Assembly: GCA_963780135.1 (NCBI GenBank)
Contig: CAWAAR010000003.1
Coordinates: 3,709,701 to 3,733,700 of the forward strand
Reading direction: 5' to 3'
DNA from: an uncultured Clostridiaceae bacterium
GTDB taxonomy: Bacteria > Bacillota > Clostridia > Clostridiales > Clostridiaceae
DNA: 24,000 nt
Position numbers and translations under genes: made by a program. A model generated the notes under the pieces. That model had not been told where the DNA came from. It saw only the letters and a list, made by a program, of their open reading frames with translations, and made no database searches. This document shows positions 22,396-24,000 of this stretch, piece by piece. Position 1 is the first letter of the stretch. Each line of letters opens with the position of its first letter.

Positions 22396-23079
22396 CTAAC
22401 TTTCCCACTTATATCCTACTCCCCATACAGTAGAAACATATTCTCTGTCTTTATCGTATTTTTTTAGCTTACATCGTATTTTCTTTACATGTTCGGCTAC
22501 TGTTGCTGAATCTCCTTCTGCATCATAGCCCCATATTTTTTCATATATTTGTTCTTTTGAAAATACTTGTCCACAATTCACTGATAGAAATTCTATTATC
22601 TCAAATTCTTTTTTAGTCAAAACCACAGCTTTTCCCTTACAATACAACGTTCTTCCCTTTAAATCTATATTTAAATCTCCAAAATATAAATTAACTTTGT
22701 TTTCATTATTAAAGCTTCTTTGGTCTCTTCTTAAATGCGCACTTATCCTTGCTTTTAATTGTCTTAAACTAAAAGGCTTAGAAATATAATCATCTCCACC
22801 TGCTCCAAGTCCCCTAATTATATCCTCATCTTCTCCTTTTGCGGTTAAAAAAATAATAGGACAGTCTACTCTATCTCTTATTTCTCTACATATTTCATAT
22901 CCGCTTTTATCTGGCATCATAACATCTAATAATATTAAATCAGGACAAAGCTTTATTCTTTCAACAGCTTCATTGCCGTTATATGCAGTGAAGACTTCAT
23001 AATCTTCATCTTGCAGTGAGTCCTTTAAGAATGAAATTATGTCCTCTTCATCATCTACAATTAATATCTTTTCATTCAA
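22396..23079 (-). CDS. OmpR/PhoB-family response regulator (REC + winged-helix Trans_reg_C)
   Basis: REC: ILIVDDEEDI, LILLDVMMPDKSG, FLTAKGE, ISKPF. wHTH: LTKKEFEIIEFLSVNCGQVFSKEQIYEKIWG...VAEHVKKIRCKL...VSTVWGVGYKW. TTG start at 23079; the in-frame alternatives are worse. Confidence 0.9.
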   Translation of the reverse strand: MNEKILIVDDEEDIISFLKDSLQDEDYEVFTAYNGNEAVERIKLCPDLILLDVMMPDKSGYEICREIRDRVDCPIIFLTAKGEDEDIIRGLGAGGDDYISKPFSLRQLKARISAHLRRDQRSFNNENKVNLYFGDLNIDLKGRTLYCKGKAVVLTKKEFEIIEFLSVNCGQVFSKEQIYEKIWGYDAEGDSATVAEHVKKIRCKLKKYDKDREYVSTVWGVGYKWES

Positions 23080-23118
23080 TATTTATCACATCCAACCTTA
23101 TATAAAATAATCAGTATA

Positions 23119-23703
23119 CTATAGGACAAATAAGTCGTTGTTTTTGTCAGAATTCCAAACATATTCAATACTTTCAGCAATATCCGTTGCTTTTTTAAAA
23201 CCAATTCTATCTGCTACAAAGCCTAAAGCCATATCTATACCTGCTGATATACCAGAGGAAGTATAAAACTTACCATCTGCTACCCATCTAGCACGATTTA
23301 TCCACTGAACATTAGGATTCATAGATTTTACCCATTCAAAAGCTCTCTTATTTGAAGTTGCCTTTAGACCATTTAATAGATTTGTTTTAGCAAGTAATGC
23401 AGAGCCTGTACATACAGTAAGACAATATTTTGACTGAGTAGCAATTGTAGTTAGCTTTTCAATAAAATCACTATCATTAACCAAAGGCCTTGTGCCTTGT
23501 CCACCTGGAACAAATATTATACCTGAAAAATCAGCATCTTTTAGTGGTTCAGTTATAATTTGTGTACCTTGTTTGCTTAAAATAATACCGCCATCTACAG
23601 AAAAGTAACGTAGATTGTATTCTTCAACTTGACCCAGTATTTCAACTGCACCAAATGTATCCAATGTTTCAAAATCAGAAAATAATAAAATATTTACATC
23701 CAT
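23119..23703 (-). CDS. DJ-1/PfpI family protein (class I glutamine-amidotransferase-like fold)
   Basis: 194 aa. LLFSDFETLDTFGAVEIL, IIFVPGGQGT, and the nucleophile elbow LTVCTGSALLAKTNLL. AAGGGAAG RBS. Its stop is only 39 nt before the RR start, so the two may be co-transcribed. Confidence 0.8.
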   Translation of the reverse strand: MDVNILLFSDFETLDTFGAVEILGQVEEYNLRYFSVDGGIILSKQGTQIITEPLKDADFSGIIFVPGGQGTRPLVNDSDFIEKLTTIATQSKYCLTVCTGSALLAKTNLLNGLKATSNKRAFEWVKSMNPNVQWINRARWVADGKFYTSSGISAGIDMALGFVADRIGFKKATDIAESIEYVWNSDKNNDLFVL

Positions 23704-24000
23704 AAAATATCTTCCCTTCTTTTCTTAAATAAAATAAAATTCATTACAACTCATTTTATCATAACACAGAATCACATCAATTTCTTAACGTGCAAACAAT
23801 GGATACATTTTCTTAACTTCTAAAAGTGTATATATTGTATATATTATAGTAACACCGTCTTATTTCTAGTCCTTAACCATTCTAAAATATATTGGAATCT
23901 TCTCTGGTTTTTCAACATGTATAAATCAAATAATGTTTTAAGCGAAAGAAAATAATTTTAAACAAATTTAAACGGCATCAGTCCTATAGAGTTAAAGACT

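Noticed and set aside
23844-23918. 24-codon minus-strand ORF MLKNQRRFQYILEWLRTRNKTVLL, faintly reminiscent of the N-terminus of DeoR-type regulators, plus direct repeats ttttcttaac at about 23781-23820 and a possible gene end at 23959-23999
   Set aside because: It is too short to support a call, has no RBS, and could be chance in AT-rich DNA. A regulator remnant or pseudogene cannot be supported without a database comparison. The right-edge reading frame shows only 13 codons.
1-24000. Looked for CRISPR arrays, tRNA/rRNA genes, integrases/transposases, prophage or toxin-antitoxin pairs, and sigma/anti-sigma genes
   Set aside because: There are no regularly spaced direct repeats, no cloverleaf-like or rRNA-like GC-rich segments, and no ORFs with recombinase, transposase or sigma-factor motifs. 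The only repeat families are those reported: the MITE-like element, the 57-bp motif, the 42-bp tandem repeat and the REC duplication.

Overview
AT-rich, Clostridium-like chromosomal segment. I call 22 protein genes, 20 of them on the minus strand. I found no rRNA, tRNA, CRISPR array, transposase or phage genes. The window has three blocks.

(A) nt 1-13337 is a dense signalling island. Its core is a stressosome-type operon, rsbR-rsbS-rsbT-rsbX (11808 down to 9542). No RsbU/V/W or sigma-B follows it. Instead it runs directly into a membrane-less hybrid histidine kinase (HisKA-HATPase-REC-Hpt) and a translationally coupled REC-histidine kinase. A REC-HD-GYP c-di-GMP phosphodiesterase is transcribed divergently, and its receiver domain is a close paralogue (about 80% identity by hand alignment) of the REC-kinase receiver. 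Downstream on the same strand lie an AraC-type response regulator, a transmembrane MCP, a soluble PocR-MCP, a PAS-GGDEF cyclase and the start of an EAL(/HDOD) protein.

(B) nt 13400-16450 holds unrelated small genes: a 4-OT tautomerase, a DUF2167 membrane protein with a 42-bp tandem repeat tail, an AlkD-like DNA alkylation repair protein and a small anchored protein.

(C) nt 16565-23703 is an OmpR-type two-component system plus an ABC-2 exporter, laid out like a peptide-antibiotic/lantibiotic immunity module. The regulator and kinase are separated by the transporter genes, a ~284-bp MITE-like inverted-repeat element and an exported erythromycin-esterase-family gene. A DJ-1/PfpI gene sits upstream.

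A solo copy of the MITE end lies next to the HD-GYP promoter. A ~57-bp intergenic motif occurs twice inside the signalling island. Several ORF-track starts were corrected using RBS position.

The most interesting candidate is the stressosome-to-phosphorelay-to-c-di-GMP/chemotaxis wiring. All functional assignments come from motif recognition by eye; no database search was possible.
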